DNA of 64,000 bases, taken from contig CM052817.1 of the NCBI GenBank assembly GCA_028534125.1, positions 65,164,001 through 65,228,000 of the forward strand. The letters are read 5' to 3'. Positions 1 through 13,353 of this stretch are shown one piece after another. How positions within the stretch are numbered: position 1 is the stretch's first letter; every line of letters starts with the position of its first letter. Made by a program: the position numbers and the translations under genes. Origin of the DNA: Lama glama (taxonomy: Eukaryota). Below the pieces are notes generated by a model. The model was not told where the DNA came from and ran no database searches. It worked only from the letters and a program-made list of their open reading frames with translations.

Positions 1-523
1 GTGATGAAAAGGATAAAGATGTCCCACAGGAGGTGACTCTGGCAAGAAACTTCACATTCAAGGGACTCTCAGAGATATTTCCCATCACTGAAAGTACGAA
101 AGACAAAATGCTGGAAGCTAGACTTCCAAACCTAAAAAGCAACATGCCAGTCTGCCAGGCACTCCAAAGATGCTTGTTCCTTATCTTAAGGATGTACCTT
201 TCAAATACCTGAAGGGACACGAAAAGAAGTGGACACTGTTCAAACTACTTTAACACATTTTTTACAAAGAAATAAACAGTCTAATTCTCAATGTTTCTAA
301 TGTTTTAAGTGATAGTGTATTAAATAAATATTAGTTATAGCATTTGTTTCCATTCTCCTAAATATAACCAACAATAAGAGAAGTTGTAATGTGTTGGCAA
401 CATTTTTTAAAGGCCACAAAACAAATATAATTTTTTCCAATGATTATTATTATTGCTTTGGATAGTTTCAGTCTGGTCATTTTTAAGGTCTTGCACTTCT
501 GTGCAAAGCTGAGAGTGCTGCTA
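1..523 (+). mobile_element. TcMar-Tigger DNA transposon relic (Tigger6/MER97-like 3' part) in LAMTOR3 intron 3
   Basis: Resembles recalled Tigger-family consensus (GATGAAAAGGA...GTCCCA.AGGAGGTGAC...ACTGTTCAAACTAC...GTGCAAAGC.GAG end); no intact ORF. Subfamily uncertain. Confidence 0.65.
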
Positions 524-1598
524 CTGCTCACCGTTAGGATTAGAACAGAACTGGCAGCTTGCTTTACAGTTTACCACACCCAGGAGGAAGACAGTAAAAA
601 TGGATCTAAGTACTGCATTAACATAAAATCAACAGTAACAATTAACACTTCAATAGTGTTTTCTTCCTGAGTAGAGAAGAAAAATATAGGTTAAATCAAA
701 ACCAGAAGATAATATTAATTTTGACTGCTCTGTAATCAGAGTAAAGGCACAGCCTATAGGCAAACCACATAAACCAATTTAGGCAAAAATCTAAAAGGTT
801 TTTTCCTGCCATACACAGAAACTGACATCTAAAACCTTTTTAATTTCAAATAGATTTACAGAATAAAAAATAAAAAAAGAAATAAAGAAAGGACCTCACT
901 ACATATCCTGCTATATTAATTCAAAGTATCCAGTTCTTATGGAATGTGAAATGGGTGTCTCAAGTCATACTCCTCTCTTTCATGTCCTTAACTCTCAAGT
1001 ATCACTTTACATTAAACTAATGTGAATTTTAATTCAGCTAAAGTGACAAAGTCCTTTGAATTAGTAAAATATCTAAAAGGAAGTCGCTGTCAACATAAGA
1101 ACCTAATTTATAAAATGATGCATCTAATGGACTGTGTGCAGGTAGAAGAAAGCCTTGTGAATTTTCCAAGTATGAGCTGCTAAGTCTAGCATTTTGGGGT
1201 CATGTAGACTCAGTAAAAGGTCTTAAAAGCAGTATTAAAAATAAAGGCAAGTTCTTAGGTTATTTTCCCCTTAAAATTACTTGAACTACTTCAAAGTATA
1301 ATCCAGTAAACTGCTATGAAAGAACTCTGAAGTACTTGGCAAGAAATCTGGGTTCTAGCCCTCTGGCATTCACTAGTTGTTTAACCCCAGACAAGTCATG
1401 TAACTTTTCTAGGGCTCATGTTATTCATCTGTAAACTCAAAGTACATCACTTGTCTTACCTAAGATTATGTTAGGTATCTGAAAGTGCTCAATAGTAGCA
1501 TAATGTACATACATTAATCTAAGATAAACAGAAACAAAGTACGACATAAAATTAACATGTGTTAAGCAGAATTTAACAACAAATTAGTGACTTTTTAC

Positions 1599-1633
1599 CT
1601 CGGTAATTTTTTATACAGGAATCGTTTTAGGTC
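1599..1633 (-). CDS. LAMTOR3: LAMTOR3 (Ragulator subunit MP1) exon 3, 35 nt: DLKRFLYKKLP(S)
   Basis: Reverse complement reads ttctctttcag|GACCTAAAACGATTCCTGTATAAAAAATTACCGAG|gtaaaa; continues MAD from exon 2 to give the known N-terminus MADDLKRFLYKKLPS. Downstream exons lie left of the window. Confidence 0.95.
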
Positions 1634-2914
1634 CTGAAAGAGAATATAAAAAATCGTATTATAATAATATGCCTTGTACTGGTTCTCTAGATACTGTCCT
1701 ATCCACATTTCAGGTATATTAAGTATTCACTCATAATCATTCTTACTAGTGTTTTGTCTTTCTCTTTCTGATTTTGATGCTTTTACTAGTTGTGTGACTT
1801 GCAGCAAGTGAACTAGCCTTTTCCTCTAAGCCTCAGTTTCATGAGTTGTTGACTAGGGATAATTATAGAACTTACATCATAAGACTGTCATTAAAGTTTA
1901 TTAAGAAGACACATATAAAGTGATTAGCATATCCACTAGTGGAAACATAAATACACAATACATAGTATCTTTCCATGTCCACAGGCTTCCTAACACCACT
2001 TTAATGATTCTGGGTAAGTTGACTAACTTCTCTGAAACTCAGTTTCACATGACTAAAGACAAATGACAATGCATGTCAAGTGTTTAGCAAGGGACATAGG
2101 ACTAAAAAAACACAAGACGATTTTGTCTCATTATACTCCCTCGTCTGGGGAATTTTATTGACAATCCAGGCATCAATTATGAGTTCTACGTAAGTAAATC
2201 AGGTATCTGTTGATCTGCCCCTCTAATCCCTACTAATCTCCAAACCTGAATGTTTATTTCATGTTGTCACCACCAGCTTCCCTCTGCTCTCATCTCACAC
2301 ACACATGTCAAAGACTCATCATTTCTCATCTGAAATCCAGATTTCCTCAATCTCTTCTTGTTTCCACTCATGGCACTACCAATCCTTGCTATGTACTCAT
2401 CTTTGAAACATAAAGTAATATTTAACCCTAACCTCAAATGTGTCATTTTAAAAATCACTTATGAAGTCAAACGTTTTTGAACTAATCTCCTCCTCTACTT
2501 TTCAAATGATATTACAGTTTAGGTTCATTTTATTATTTGTGACTTGCACCAGCCTCCCAATTGGTATGATGGGCTCCCACTTCTATTCATACATTTCTAC
2601 ACAATTCCAGTAATCATATTATTCTCCTTCTCTCAATCCATAATTGCAGTGATTCTCAACCTTGGCAATGGAAAACACTTTATACCTTAGTCATCTTCAT
2701 TTCTCCCACAGCCCTTATTACAGCAAACTTTTCAAGGGAGATGCTGAACAGAATTTAGTGATTTGATTATGCCTGGAAAATTAGGCCTCAAAAATACAAC
2801 AGAAACGCCCTCAAACGGAGTAACAGAGGCATAAAAAGTTGCTAAATGTTGAAACACATAATCTTGCAATCTAAAAAGAAAAATCAGATCATATTAACAT
2901 TGAATGACCATTTA

Positions 2915-3150
2915 GTCATTTAGTGCAGCGGGTAAGAGCATGGGTCTGGAGTCAGTCGGCCTCGATTGGTATCTCCACAACTTACTATCTGTGAAATCTG
3001 AGGCGAGTCATTTGATCTTTTTGTGCCTTAGCATCCTTATCTATAATACAGGGATAATAATAATAGGGCCTACCTCATAAAAGTTGTTGTAGAAATGACA
3101 TGAGTATATGTTCAATGTTTCAAAGCATTATCTAGCATGTATGTAAGCAA
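2915..3150 (+). mobile_element. MIR SINE (further MIR fragments near 1320-1500, 1780-1950, 15740-15930, 16820-17080, 36570-36780, 37480-37680, 55770-55920, 63200-63380)
   Basis: MIR core motifs (GGTAAGAGCATGGG.TCTGGAGTCAG; TGTGCCT.AG...CTTATCTATAA.A.AGGGATAATAATA...CCTACCTCATA). Confidence 0.75.
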
Positions 3151-3675
3151 AATAACAGCATGTAAAGAATAAACAAACTTAAACATTAGTAGTAGCATTA
3201 ATTCCCTGCTGTTTCTAGTAATTAGTCTAATTAAGTTCCCCAAATTTAGAATTTTGGTTGTACTGCTGTGCCAAAGAGGCATTAGTTATAAATCATCTCA
3301 AGTTGCTACTATATATTGAGAGAGACATAACGAACACTTACTGGAAAAAGATTCAGAGAGCAAATCATCTTTTAGAAATTGAAATGGTAAATATGCAGTG
3401 CCCCTCTTACGTCTGCAGGATTGGAGAGTGGGAAAAATAAAATTACCTCAACTTCAAGCACCTTAGTGTCCTCCAAACCCATTCCAGGCAGAAACTCATG
3501 ACCCCACAAATTATTCATGTTAGTTTCTCATTCCAGATCCTAAAGAAAATAATTAATTGGAGTGGAGCGCTAAAGCTAAGCAAATTTCTACTTGGGAAGT
3601 GCTACCTCTCCCCGCCCAGCAGCCTCATCCACCTCCCCACCCTCTCCTTCCTCTGGTGTGGGGGTGTTAACTCAC

Positions 3676-3684
3676 ATCCGCCAT
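3676..3684 (-). CDS. LAMTOR3: LAMTOR3 exon 2 coding part (ATG GCG GAT = MAD); full exon 3676-3721
   Basis: Minus strand: tttctcttccag|GCGTGG...TTCATC ATGGCGGAT|gtgagt; good Kozak (A at -3, G at +4); in frame with exon 3. Confidence 0.93.
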
Positions 3685-3699
3685 GATGAACCCCTTTCT

Positions 3700-4400
3700 C
3701 CCGCAGGTTCAATCTCCACGCCTGGAAGAGAAACTCCTGGTGACTCTCCCTTCAAAACGTCCTCGCCCTCGCCCTCCCCACTCCCAACCTAATAATCGGC
3801 GTTAGCTCTTATCAGGGTGAGGCAAGGACCCGCGGCTCTAGGGCCTGGGACAGGGCGGCCGAAGGGAGTCAGAGTTCCTTCCTAGGTACCCAGACGGGTA
3901 ACCGAGACGCCTAACCTCAGCCCACTCCACCCTCTACCCGCCAAGATCTAGGCCCGAAGTAGGGGGGCGTCCTCTCCTCCATCTCGCCGCGCGAGCCACC
4001 TGCGGGCCCAGGCCTCAATACCGGGCAGAGTAGCTCCAGTTACCTGGGTTTCTGGGCTGCCTGGTTCTCTGAGCTGTCACTTTAGGGACAGCTTCTGAGA
4101 CAGGTTCCTCTAAAAACTGCCGTCACATGATTTATGACCTCCTCGGTGCTCCAGGAAGCACTTCCCACGCCCGCGACGCCCGGTGACGCAAGACTTCCGG
4201 GGAGGGGCTGCGGAAGCGGAGCGCGCAGCCCTGCGTGGCGCCCGCCCGTCCCACCTGGGATGCTCCCTGCGCCTGCGTGGACACCCGGACGTTCGGGAGT
4301 CGGGACGTCAGGACACACGCTGTTGGATCGCGATTCCCAGGAGCTCGCCGAGCCCTGAAGATCCCCGGAAAACGCAAGCAAGACGTTTTTATTCGGAGAG
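3700..4400 (-). promoter_or_regulatory. LAMTOR3: CpG-island promoter of LAMTOR3 (no TATA box seen) with ETS/GABPA motif, half-CRE and M-box
   Basis: Sharp GC/CpG enrichment; CCGGAAGT on minus strand at 4193-4200, TGACG at 4184-4188, TCATGTGAC on minus strand at 4122-4130. Confidence 0.85.
4044..4200 (-). other. LAMTOR3: LAMTOR3 non-coding exon 1 (5' boundary approximate)
   Basis: Donor CCCAG|gtaact at 4044/4043 inside the CpG island upstream of exon 2; TSS not determinable from sequence. Confidence 0.65.
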
Positions 4401-5659
4401 GGTGCATACATTTTATTCGTTTTTAAGGGACCATTATCTTCTTGTAGATGAAGAAATTTGAAGGGGTGGTGTTACATACTGAACAGCAAGCACCAGGTTG
4501 CCGGTGATTAGAAGTCCCAGGTCCATAGGTTTCTGATCCCAATTTCTTAGTCTCTTTTGGCTTTCCCATGGGTGCTGCCCCGGTGCTCTGACCCAAGGCT
4601 TGGTGTAGATAGAATCCAGGAGCCATGAGCTTTCTGGTGCTCTGTTATGTGTGCACCTCGAGCCTCTACATATGCAGACATTGGGCAATGGTTCTTGTCT
4701 TAGAAGGCTGCGCCTTTAAGGACTGCCTATTATTATTTTTTGTTTGGTGCCTTGTTTGCACATTTAACGAAAACCTACAGTATGCCGTAGGAAAGTGAGG
4801 TCGACTGATCTTCACGCCAATCCCTAAAAGTAGAACTGCACAAAACGTCGTGAAAATAGTTGAATACCCATAACTACAAAGCTCCCAGATGTTGCAGATG
4901 AACTGCTAGTCATTACAAGTGAGCCTGACAGTTCCACAGCAACTGAAGTCATTGAAGATCACTTCCTTTTCCTTCCTTTTATTTCTTAGCTTCTAGGATA
5001 CTGCACTTATTTTAGCTCCTCACCCACTCTGGTCACTTAACTCTTAAATGAAGGCATGTAAAGCCTGTCTTCGGTTTCTCTGCTGTTTTTCTCTTCTACA
5101 GTGTCCTGAGAATGTGAGTCCTAAATCCCCACCTTTCGTCTGAATCCTAGGTCCACATTTTCAACTGCTTGTTGGATATTGGTTTTTTTTTTTTACATAC
5201 AAGTCTGTCAGTGCTAACTCAAAAGCTCCAAAACCATCAGCAAACCTGTGTCTCCTGATCTCTGTTTGTGTTAGTTCCACGATTCCATCAAGTCAGTTAC
5301 CATGTTTGCTCTTTCCTTCCTTAACAATGACTTTACACTATATTTTTTCAACTCTTCATTCAAACCATTATTCTATTCAGCAAGACTATATCAATAGCCA
5401 CTTAATAATGCCTAGTTAAACCTTTCTAAAAGGTACATTTTTGCTGATCAAAAATCTTTAGTGATAATACCACTACAGACAATAGTTGACATACTCCTCA
5501 CTCTGGTACTAGTATATCATTCTAATTTACTTCTAAATGCATTCTAATGTGACTCCTATACTCCAGCCACATTGCTTACTTCACCCTTACATCAAAATTA
5601 CTTTTTATTTCCCCACTGGTTCTTGAGGTTCCTTTACTCTACAATGCTTATTTCTCTTT

Positions 5660-6176
5660 TAGGAGAGGAAAACTTCCTTCTACTCTCATAGATTTTGTGG
5701 CTGGGCCTAACAATGAAATTGACAGATTAACAGCAGGAAAATCATACAAATTCATTTAACTTTTTTACAAGTGCATGGGAATCTTCAGAAGGAAAATGAA
5801 GATCGAAAGAAGCCATTTGGCCCCGAAGTTTACAATTTTACACAAAGAACAAAAAATTGTGGGAATGAGACAAGGGGACTTGGGCTAGGGGCAGTAAATT
5901 GTAGGATAATGACTATTAAATATATGGCATAAACTAATGGAAAATAAGGGTTATTTTAGTAGGTTTGTTTGCACACGTCCATTTTGGTGTCAGTCCCATC
6001 TGGTGATGAGAATGTTCTCTTTCTGGTAGAGGGAGGGTACCTTTCTCTAGGAAGTTTTATGACAAGCCTTTAAGTATAAAGTGGGAGGTGAAAGAGACCT
6101 TCCTGCACCTGCTGTTTCTTAGTGCTTTCAGCTCAAAAGTAGCATATTTTAGGGTGGCATGTTCTAAACCCCTTCA
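5660..6176 (-). mobile_element. ERV1-class solo LTR (MER34/MER39-like)
   Basis: Minus strand begins TGAAGGGGTTTAGAACATGCCACCCTAAAATATGCTAC, typical of MER34-group LTR 5' ends; ~500 bp. Confidence 0.6.
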
Positions 6177-8199
6177 CTTTCTACCTTAGCTGTTTAAATC
6201 TTGTTTCCTTATAACACCTTCTCACCTATCACATTCTTTTGAATACCACTATATACTACCAAGAATGACTGATATTTATTTGTGCATAATTATGTGCCAT
6301 AGTTTTGGTTTGTTTACTCAATGAGACCATAAGGTCTAGAAGGAGGGGGTCACCGTTTAGAATTTTTCAATTTCATACAATGCCTATGTTTCTTGCACTC
6401 TGTAGGTACTTGGTCAACATTTGTAGAATGCAAGTGATTAAAAGAAACCATTAGCCCTGGCCCTGACTAAGACTATAACTTCTTATTTCCTCTGTACCCT
6501 CCCTCTATTTGCCCCCAAGTTTAGAGTTAAATAAAAATATGAATTCTAGCAAGAACTTCTAATTTCTGAAGCACTACTTTTCATTTTAACAAAATTATCC
6601 ATCTTAATGACCTTACCAAATGGTAGTTGACCTGGAAAATACCGCTTTTTCCTTCTTCTTTAGTGGCAAAAAGGGAGAGCACAACTTTTCAAGATCTCCA
6701 AACACAACAAGGTCTGCAAATTGAAAAATCTAGTAAGATTTTTCATTTCCAAATGTGGTGGTTTCCAAATTATAGCATGTCAACAGAATTCCTTATGTAC
6801 TCAGATTGATCTGTTTTCATTTACCCATTGATACCACTGCTGTTGGTATAGGACTAAGGGGAATATTTACTGACCTAAAAGGTTATCAGCATCATGTGCC
6901 AGTTCTCTAAAGTGGGGTCTACCAGATGATCTCTGAGGTTCAGAAGGAAACTAGGAGAAATTGTACACATTCATACACACAAAAAATTTTTACCTCATTA
7001 TACAAATTTGCTACTTTGGCTATGTACACAACATGTTAGTATATTATGTAACGTGTTATATAATTAACGTGTATATAGTTAACATACACGTTGAAGTTCT
7101 GTTATATCAGAGCCTTTGTTTCTGTTTCTCTTTAGCTTAAACTTCTCTTAGTTGTATACAGTTGAGAGCTCTCAATTTTTTTTTTTTGGTTTTGTTTTCC
7201 TATCAAAAATTCAACAATTATCTGGATTTATGCTGGCTTCACTGGCTGTGTGAAAATTCTAGCTGGTATTCAAACTCATGAGAGGGAGAGTCTTGCGGAT
7301 TCTCCAACATACAAAAATGGAAATTTTATCAATTAGACTGGTCAAGTTGGAAAACGTCTTATAAATTTTGATTTTGGCTGTGGTTTGGGATTTAGCCCAC
7401 TGAAAATACAATTATACAGTCTATAAAATAACTTTCTCTTTTATACTATCACCCATGGTCATCACAACCTGGACTTAGGCAGTCTGAAATCACTAATTCC
7501 CTCCATCTCTGGCTTACATCCAAGAGTCAAGCAGTGAAACCACTCACTTGTCAATGTCTTAAACTCCCCTACCATCTTTCCTGCCTGACAGAACCCCAAA
7601 TTTGGATGAGTTAAATAAGTTGTATTCTCCAGGCCTATGCCTAGGCTGCTGGGTTAAGCTGGAGAAAATACACAAAACTAAACAGATTGTAAATTCTGTA
7701 ACCAACCTGGGACCCTAGTCAGCTGACTCAGTGAAAATGATTCCTTCAAATTGTCTTCATTCTTTGTAACCCTTGCTCATCATCCTTCCCCTCCCTAACT
7801 TTACATAACCTGCCTATTTCATTAATAAACTACAAGCTATAACATCGGGCCACCAATGCTACAAGTCTGCATTTGCACCCAGCCTTTGTATATTCCATTC
7901 TGAAAGAATGTTGGTGGTGTCTTTAGCTAAAGTAATTCTTCCTTCTTTGCAGTGGCTCCAGTATCCTCTGGAATAGCAGGTGCTTAATGCTATTATCCCT
8001 CTTTTCTCTGTCATCATTCTTTCACTTTCTGCTTGCCTTGTCCATCAGAATAAAAAGAATCAGTAAGGCCTCTCATGTAATAAACAATAATTGAAAAAAA
8101 AAAAGCCTTCTGTAGTAACCACATCCTCCTCCAGCTACCATCCCTTTTCTCTACTTCTTTTCATCATCAAATTTTTGGAAAGTTTTTAATTGCTGCCTC

Positions 8200-8930
8200 C
8201 ATTTATCCCAAATCTAATCAATCAGATTCTCTTGATTCTACATCCTGGACTGTATCTCAAAATCTGTCACCATCTCTATTCCTCCTCTGGTCCAATCCAC
8301 GATCATCTCTCCTTTGACAATAACTCCCTGTTCTTCCTACATTCACTTTTGTCCTCTAATCTTCTTTGCACAGTAACTAAAATGTTATTTTAAAAACTCA
8401 AAACTAATCCTGTTAACTCCCTCATTAAAAATCTTCAAAAGGTTTTTTTACTGTCTTAGGATAGTGTCCAATTACCATCATCATGGTTTATATGTGGTCT
8501 CATGGGATCTGGCCCTTAATCTTCTGTTAATTCTCTAACTTGGCCTGGCTTCCTTATGCCATAATCATTCAAGTTTGTTTTCACTTCTGTGAAGTTTCTA
8601 TGACTTTATCACATAGCACACTCCATATGAAATATTTATCTAGCATTCACCTCACTCCTACTTACCTCATCTTCTGGGTTTCAGCTTAAGCTCACTTTCT
8701 GAGAGAAACCTTCCCTGATCCTCCCAGAGTAAGTTAAGTTTTCTAGTTACATACTTTTGTTGCACCTTGTAATTTTCTTTGTAGCATTCATCATGGTTAT
8801 ATTTATTTACTTGACAGTTATTTCCCTTGCTAGATGTAAATTTCATAAGGATTTTTGTCTTGTTCAATGATTAATTCCTATATCACTGCCTGGGATATTC
8901 ATACATTTGTTGAATGGATGAATGAATGAA
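8200..8930 (+). mobile_element. L2 LINE 3' fragment
   Basis: Degenerate L2 3' sequence ending in the diagnostic TTTGTTGAATGGATGAATGAATGAA tail at ~8906-8930. Confidence 0.7.
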
Positions 8931-8996
8931 AGAAAGGACATTAAGGGTGTAAAACATGATAAAAACAAATCCTTTACAGTGAGAACACACCTTCTT

Positions 8997-9002
8997 TTTA
9001 TT
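8997..9002 (-). terminator. DNAJB14: Probable distal poly(A) signal (AATAAA) of DNAJB14
   Basis: AATAAA on minus strand followed by GU/U-rich downstream sequence (gtgtgttctc...gatttgtttttatcatgtttt), at the boundary between repeat-free UTR-like sequence and the L2. Confidence 0.6.
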
Positions 9003-9957
9003 CATATACTGAGATAAACTGCAGAGACTGAAAGACAAAAAATTCATCATAAATCATTCAGCAGAACATTCATTAAAAATCAAATGCATTTTCTTTAACA
9101 GTTCTCACACAGAAAATTTTATTTTATAAGTCTGATATAACATTAAATATTTTACAAATCAGACGTTTCATTTTTAAATCTAATTGTATAATCTTGACTG
9201 TCTACAAAGTAAGATCTCCTTTACCAGTTTCACTTATTTAACTTATACAAGGCTTCCATTAAAATTCGATCTCACCTTGAAAATTACTTGCAGCTTTTAA
9301 AAACACACGATCTAAACTTTAAATGGAAAAAGTCTTATGTAGCAATCCAAAAATTGAAAAAACAAAAAAGGTAAGAAGCATTTCTTAATACAGATAAACT
9401 ACAAAAGCATCATGTATGTGTGAGTTTCCTTCCCATTGATGTAGTCATCCATCCATATAGAATCCAAAACAATTCATTTTAAAATTGATGCTTAAAATAC
9501 TCCAATGTCACTGAAGATTTTCTGTTATTTTAGTGGTGCTCTTAAGTGGCAAAGTAGAATATCAGATTAAAATGTCCCAACTCTTGTGAAGTGATGAGAC
9601 TCACATTCAGGCCGGATTTCATCTGCTATGCAGTTACCAGATGCCTTGGCAATCAGTAATCCCAATTTTTAATAGTAACTTACTAAACTATTTCAAGAAA
9701 CACTTCTTACCCCTACATATTTCCAAATTGCTATATATAGAAAGATACAATTATATTTGAAGTATGGGCCATATAATAGGAATCTCTGTTTTAAAATATG
9801 AAAAAGATCAACAGAAAGAATTCATACCAATAAAATTCTGTGGACTGGATTTCAAAGTTTGAAGTAAGAAAATCCACTGCTAATGGAAGCCCTGTTCTAT
9901 GCAAACATAGTGTGGTATATATTAAACAATCACATATTTGAGGTATTAGCTGGAAAA

Positions 9958-9997
9958 TATATATATATGTATATGTGTGTGTGTGTGTGTGTGTGTG

Positions 9998-10029
<32 letters not shown>

Positions 10030-10037
10030 CTATACAT
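9958..10037. repeat. Compound microsatellite (TA)n-(TG)12-A-(CA)14, self-complementary
   Basis: Read directly: TG run 9974-9997, CA run 9999-10026. Confidence 0.95.
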
Positions 10038-13000
10038 GGACACATCCACAGAATATTCACAAATCTATTGGCCCCAAAACCAGCAGGTAATAAAATTAAA
10101 GGAAAAGGAATCACATACTGACAGGAAAGTTACACACAAGGAATTTACAAAAAAATGTGGTTACATAATCCTTAATATAAGGAATATGTTTTGAATTAAC
10201 GTTTTGAGGGAAAATGTTTCCATTGATATGAAACTATTTAATAGTAATAAAACGAAAAAGGAATCCTGAATTCTAGGACTGTGTTGCCTGCCAGATTATT
10301 AAAGGAATATACAAGAATACTTGAACCTCCTCATTCTACCCACTTTTTCCTTGAACTTAAAAATTAGAATTAAAAAAACTTTGGAAGTTATTTTGAGACT
10401 ACTCTCTTTTCTTTTTTACTGGTTTTAGAGAACTTTATGGATTTTTAACTAGGCAGTAGTCCAATGTGGCCAAGAGATAAGGTTTTCCAGCTATCTAGTA
10501 AAGATTGAAATTAAGATTTATTGTTCATTTTCAGAAGTTTTTCTGTTCAGTTAAGAAAAAAGATTATGAATGCCCTTTCAGTAGGTTCACTCAGTATAAA
10601 GACAGATAGTAGTATGAGTAGTATTGAATGCAAACTTCACATGGGGAAGCTAAATAAATGCACAAATTCTCCTGAACCATTTGGTCCTTTGACCTAATAC
10701 TTAACTAAAAGATGGCTCATTTGGTCCTCAGGCCAACATCAAGAAATATTTCACTGCTTTAACACAGGTGGGAGATTTATTTTTTAATTAAATATGCAAA
10801 AATGCATTATTAAGTAATATTAACATGTCACATTTGTTAAATAATGATTGCATTTAAAAATATTACAGATCAACAAAGGGAAATCAAGACGTTAATCATT
10901 TATCTCAGTAATTTTTACATAGTAGTATAACTAAAGATTTTAAAAGAAGAACACGTAAGCCTAAAAGTGCAATTAAAGTAAAGAGCTGGAATTCTACCTT
11001 TCCGTTCCTGTGAACACCTGAGCTGACATAAAAACAGAGTGGCTTAATGCACTGACATATATATGCCTTAAGGACTTATTTTTTTCCTACCAAATCTTTA
11101 TAAGTCATAAAGAATAATGTACTGTTATGAAACAAATACTTATTTAAGCATTCAAATGCAGTCTGTTCCCAAAATATATTGTTTTCACTTATTATTTCTC
11201 ATTGCTGAGTATTAAATTCTCAAATTTGATCAAAATTCCAGAATTTACAAATGACTAGCACCTGTCTATTTGGGAAGTAAGGACTCAAAAGAGGAGGAGA
11301 AAAGGTACTATTTACTTTCCCCCAAATCCTCATAAGGACAAGAATGTTTCAGGGTGTGTTTAAAAAGGGATAAAAATGTAAAGCATTAATAAATATAATT
11401 GCTGCCAACCTTCTAAAATACCAGTTAGAGAAGCTAGTAGAGCAATACTCAAAAAAAGAGGGCTTTTAGGCAATGATTAAAATGAACAGTACAAATTATC
11501 AAATGAAATTGCAAAGCTCAGGTAGCTAAAAATAAGATGGAAAAATGCCGTGATTTTGGTTACAAGAGTAACAAATGTGAAAAATCTTACACCTCAAGAT
11601 AGCTGAAATGAAGTCTTCCTACTTCGTAGAATTAACTCAAAATTCTAAGACACTTGGATGGGCCTTTGCACCATGATACAAGTCACATTAAGAACTTAAG
11701 CTTTAGTTGCATACTTCACACGTGGCTTAAATCGTCAGGCACTCGGGTCATTTCCCACAGTTGTTTGAAAATTTTACTTTATCAAACACATTTTATGACT
11801 TATGAAATGTAATGTAATGCAACTGAAATATAATACTGTCCAAAAGCCATGTATGACTTCACAATATATAACTCCACTTAATAACTTCATCTGTCCCTTT
11901 TAAAGTCAGGATTAAGGGAAAAAAAATCAGTCAACAAGAATTCAATTCACATAAGCATCAACCACAAGAGTGTAAATTTCCCATCAAACTTGGAAAAATA
12001 AATGGCTGAAATTTCATTTAAATTTTTATCTAAGTTTTCTGATGCATATGAATTTTTAAAGTTAATTAGAATGCTATGACCTTATTTTTTAGAAACTCAT
12101 TCTATAGGCTCAAGAAAATATTTTAAATTGTATTTTCTTTCAAGCACACTTTTTTTTTAGGATGCATTTCTAAAGGAAAGTTGGTTAAGCTGTCTAGTTT
12201 TCCTAGGACAGAATGTTGTTTAGTTAAACTAATTCAATCAGGCATTTCTGTTGATTTACCTGGAAAAGGCAATACAAGAGGACAGTTAAAAAAGAATGCT
12301 CATTTTAGAAGTTCTGTTCAACAGATCCTATAAGTTAACTATATTCAGGAAAAAAAAATCTTTAAATAAAAGAACACTGCCACTCTAATTAGCATTCTCT
12401 CACACACACAAAAATTACCAAAGATGTGTTCATGTTCCATTAAATGAGAAGTAAAATCATTAAAATATTAACCACTGTTAAACCTAGAAGACCAGAAATC
12501 AAACAGTTTCATACTCAATATACAGGCACCAAAAACTTCAATTTCCAGCTGATTTTTTAAATTTATATTATGGATTTAATTATAAGGAGCTTATTCCTAT
12601 AGGATTAACTGAATTACTCAATGGTGAATAGATTTCAGCTCAAATTTTTGTAAGGATAACTTGCTATAAATCACTATTCTACCTGCTGCTGTATTTCTGC
12701 TCACTGTTGCATATGGCCAAACAGATCATGCTCTGATCAAGTGTGCTGTAATCTACTTATATGTTTGAGTTGGCAATCAAGTTAAAAGGCACAAAGCTTC
12801 ATTTTAGTAGTAATTTTTCTTATTACTTAGGCAATAGTAAGAACCCATTTACTTTTGGATCCTGCTTAAATGATCACTAAGAAGAAACTGCAAATTTCCA
12901 TGGGGGAAAAACAGGTAGGTCCTTTTCTTCATAAAATTTAGCAGCCTTCAAAGACATACAAAGGAACATTTGGGGGCCTTTTAGTTATTGGAATTGCAAA

Positions 13001-13353
13001 TGACATAACTGCAATTTACTGTTGAAGACCCTTTTTGGTTAGTATTTATATAGCCATTTCCTCATTTTCTTTAAAATCTATCAGTATAGCATTTCATTTC
13101 TATGCATGGCTTAGCAATTCATAAAACTAAATAAATAGCAAACTGATACTTTACACCAGTTCATTTATCTCAATATATATTTTGGAATATAATGGCAATA
13201 TTAAAAATATCAATTCCCTCTAAGCTGATAATGCTACAAGATTTTACACAAAGTTAAACAGCTTTTGTTTTTTCTTTTCTTTTTGATAAAGTTTCATTGT
13301 AAACTCCACACATTTGACATCTGACAAGGTAAATGTAATTTTGTCATACAACA

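Noticed and set aside
4082..4688. Cluster of ORFs at the LAMTOR3 promoter
   Set aside because: GC-rich promoter/5' UTR by-products with no recognisable protein similarity.
4873..4888. ACTACAAAGCTCCCAG resembling the ZNF143-associated ACTACAnnTCCCAG motif
   Set aside because: Spacer is two bases too long and the site lies outside the CpG island.
9791..10194. ORFs with CVCVCV/HTHTHT runs
   Set aside because: Translations of the dinucleotide microsatellite.
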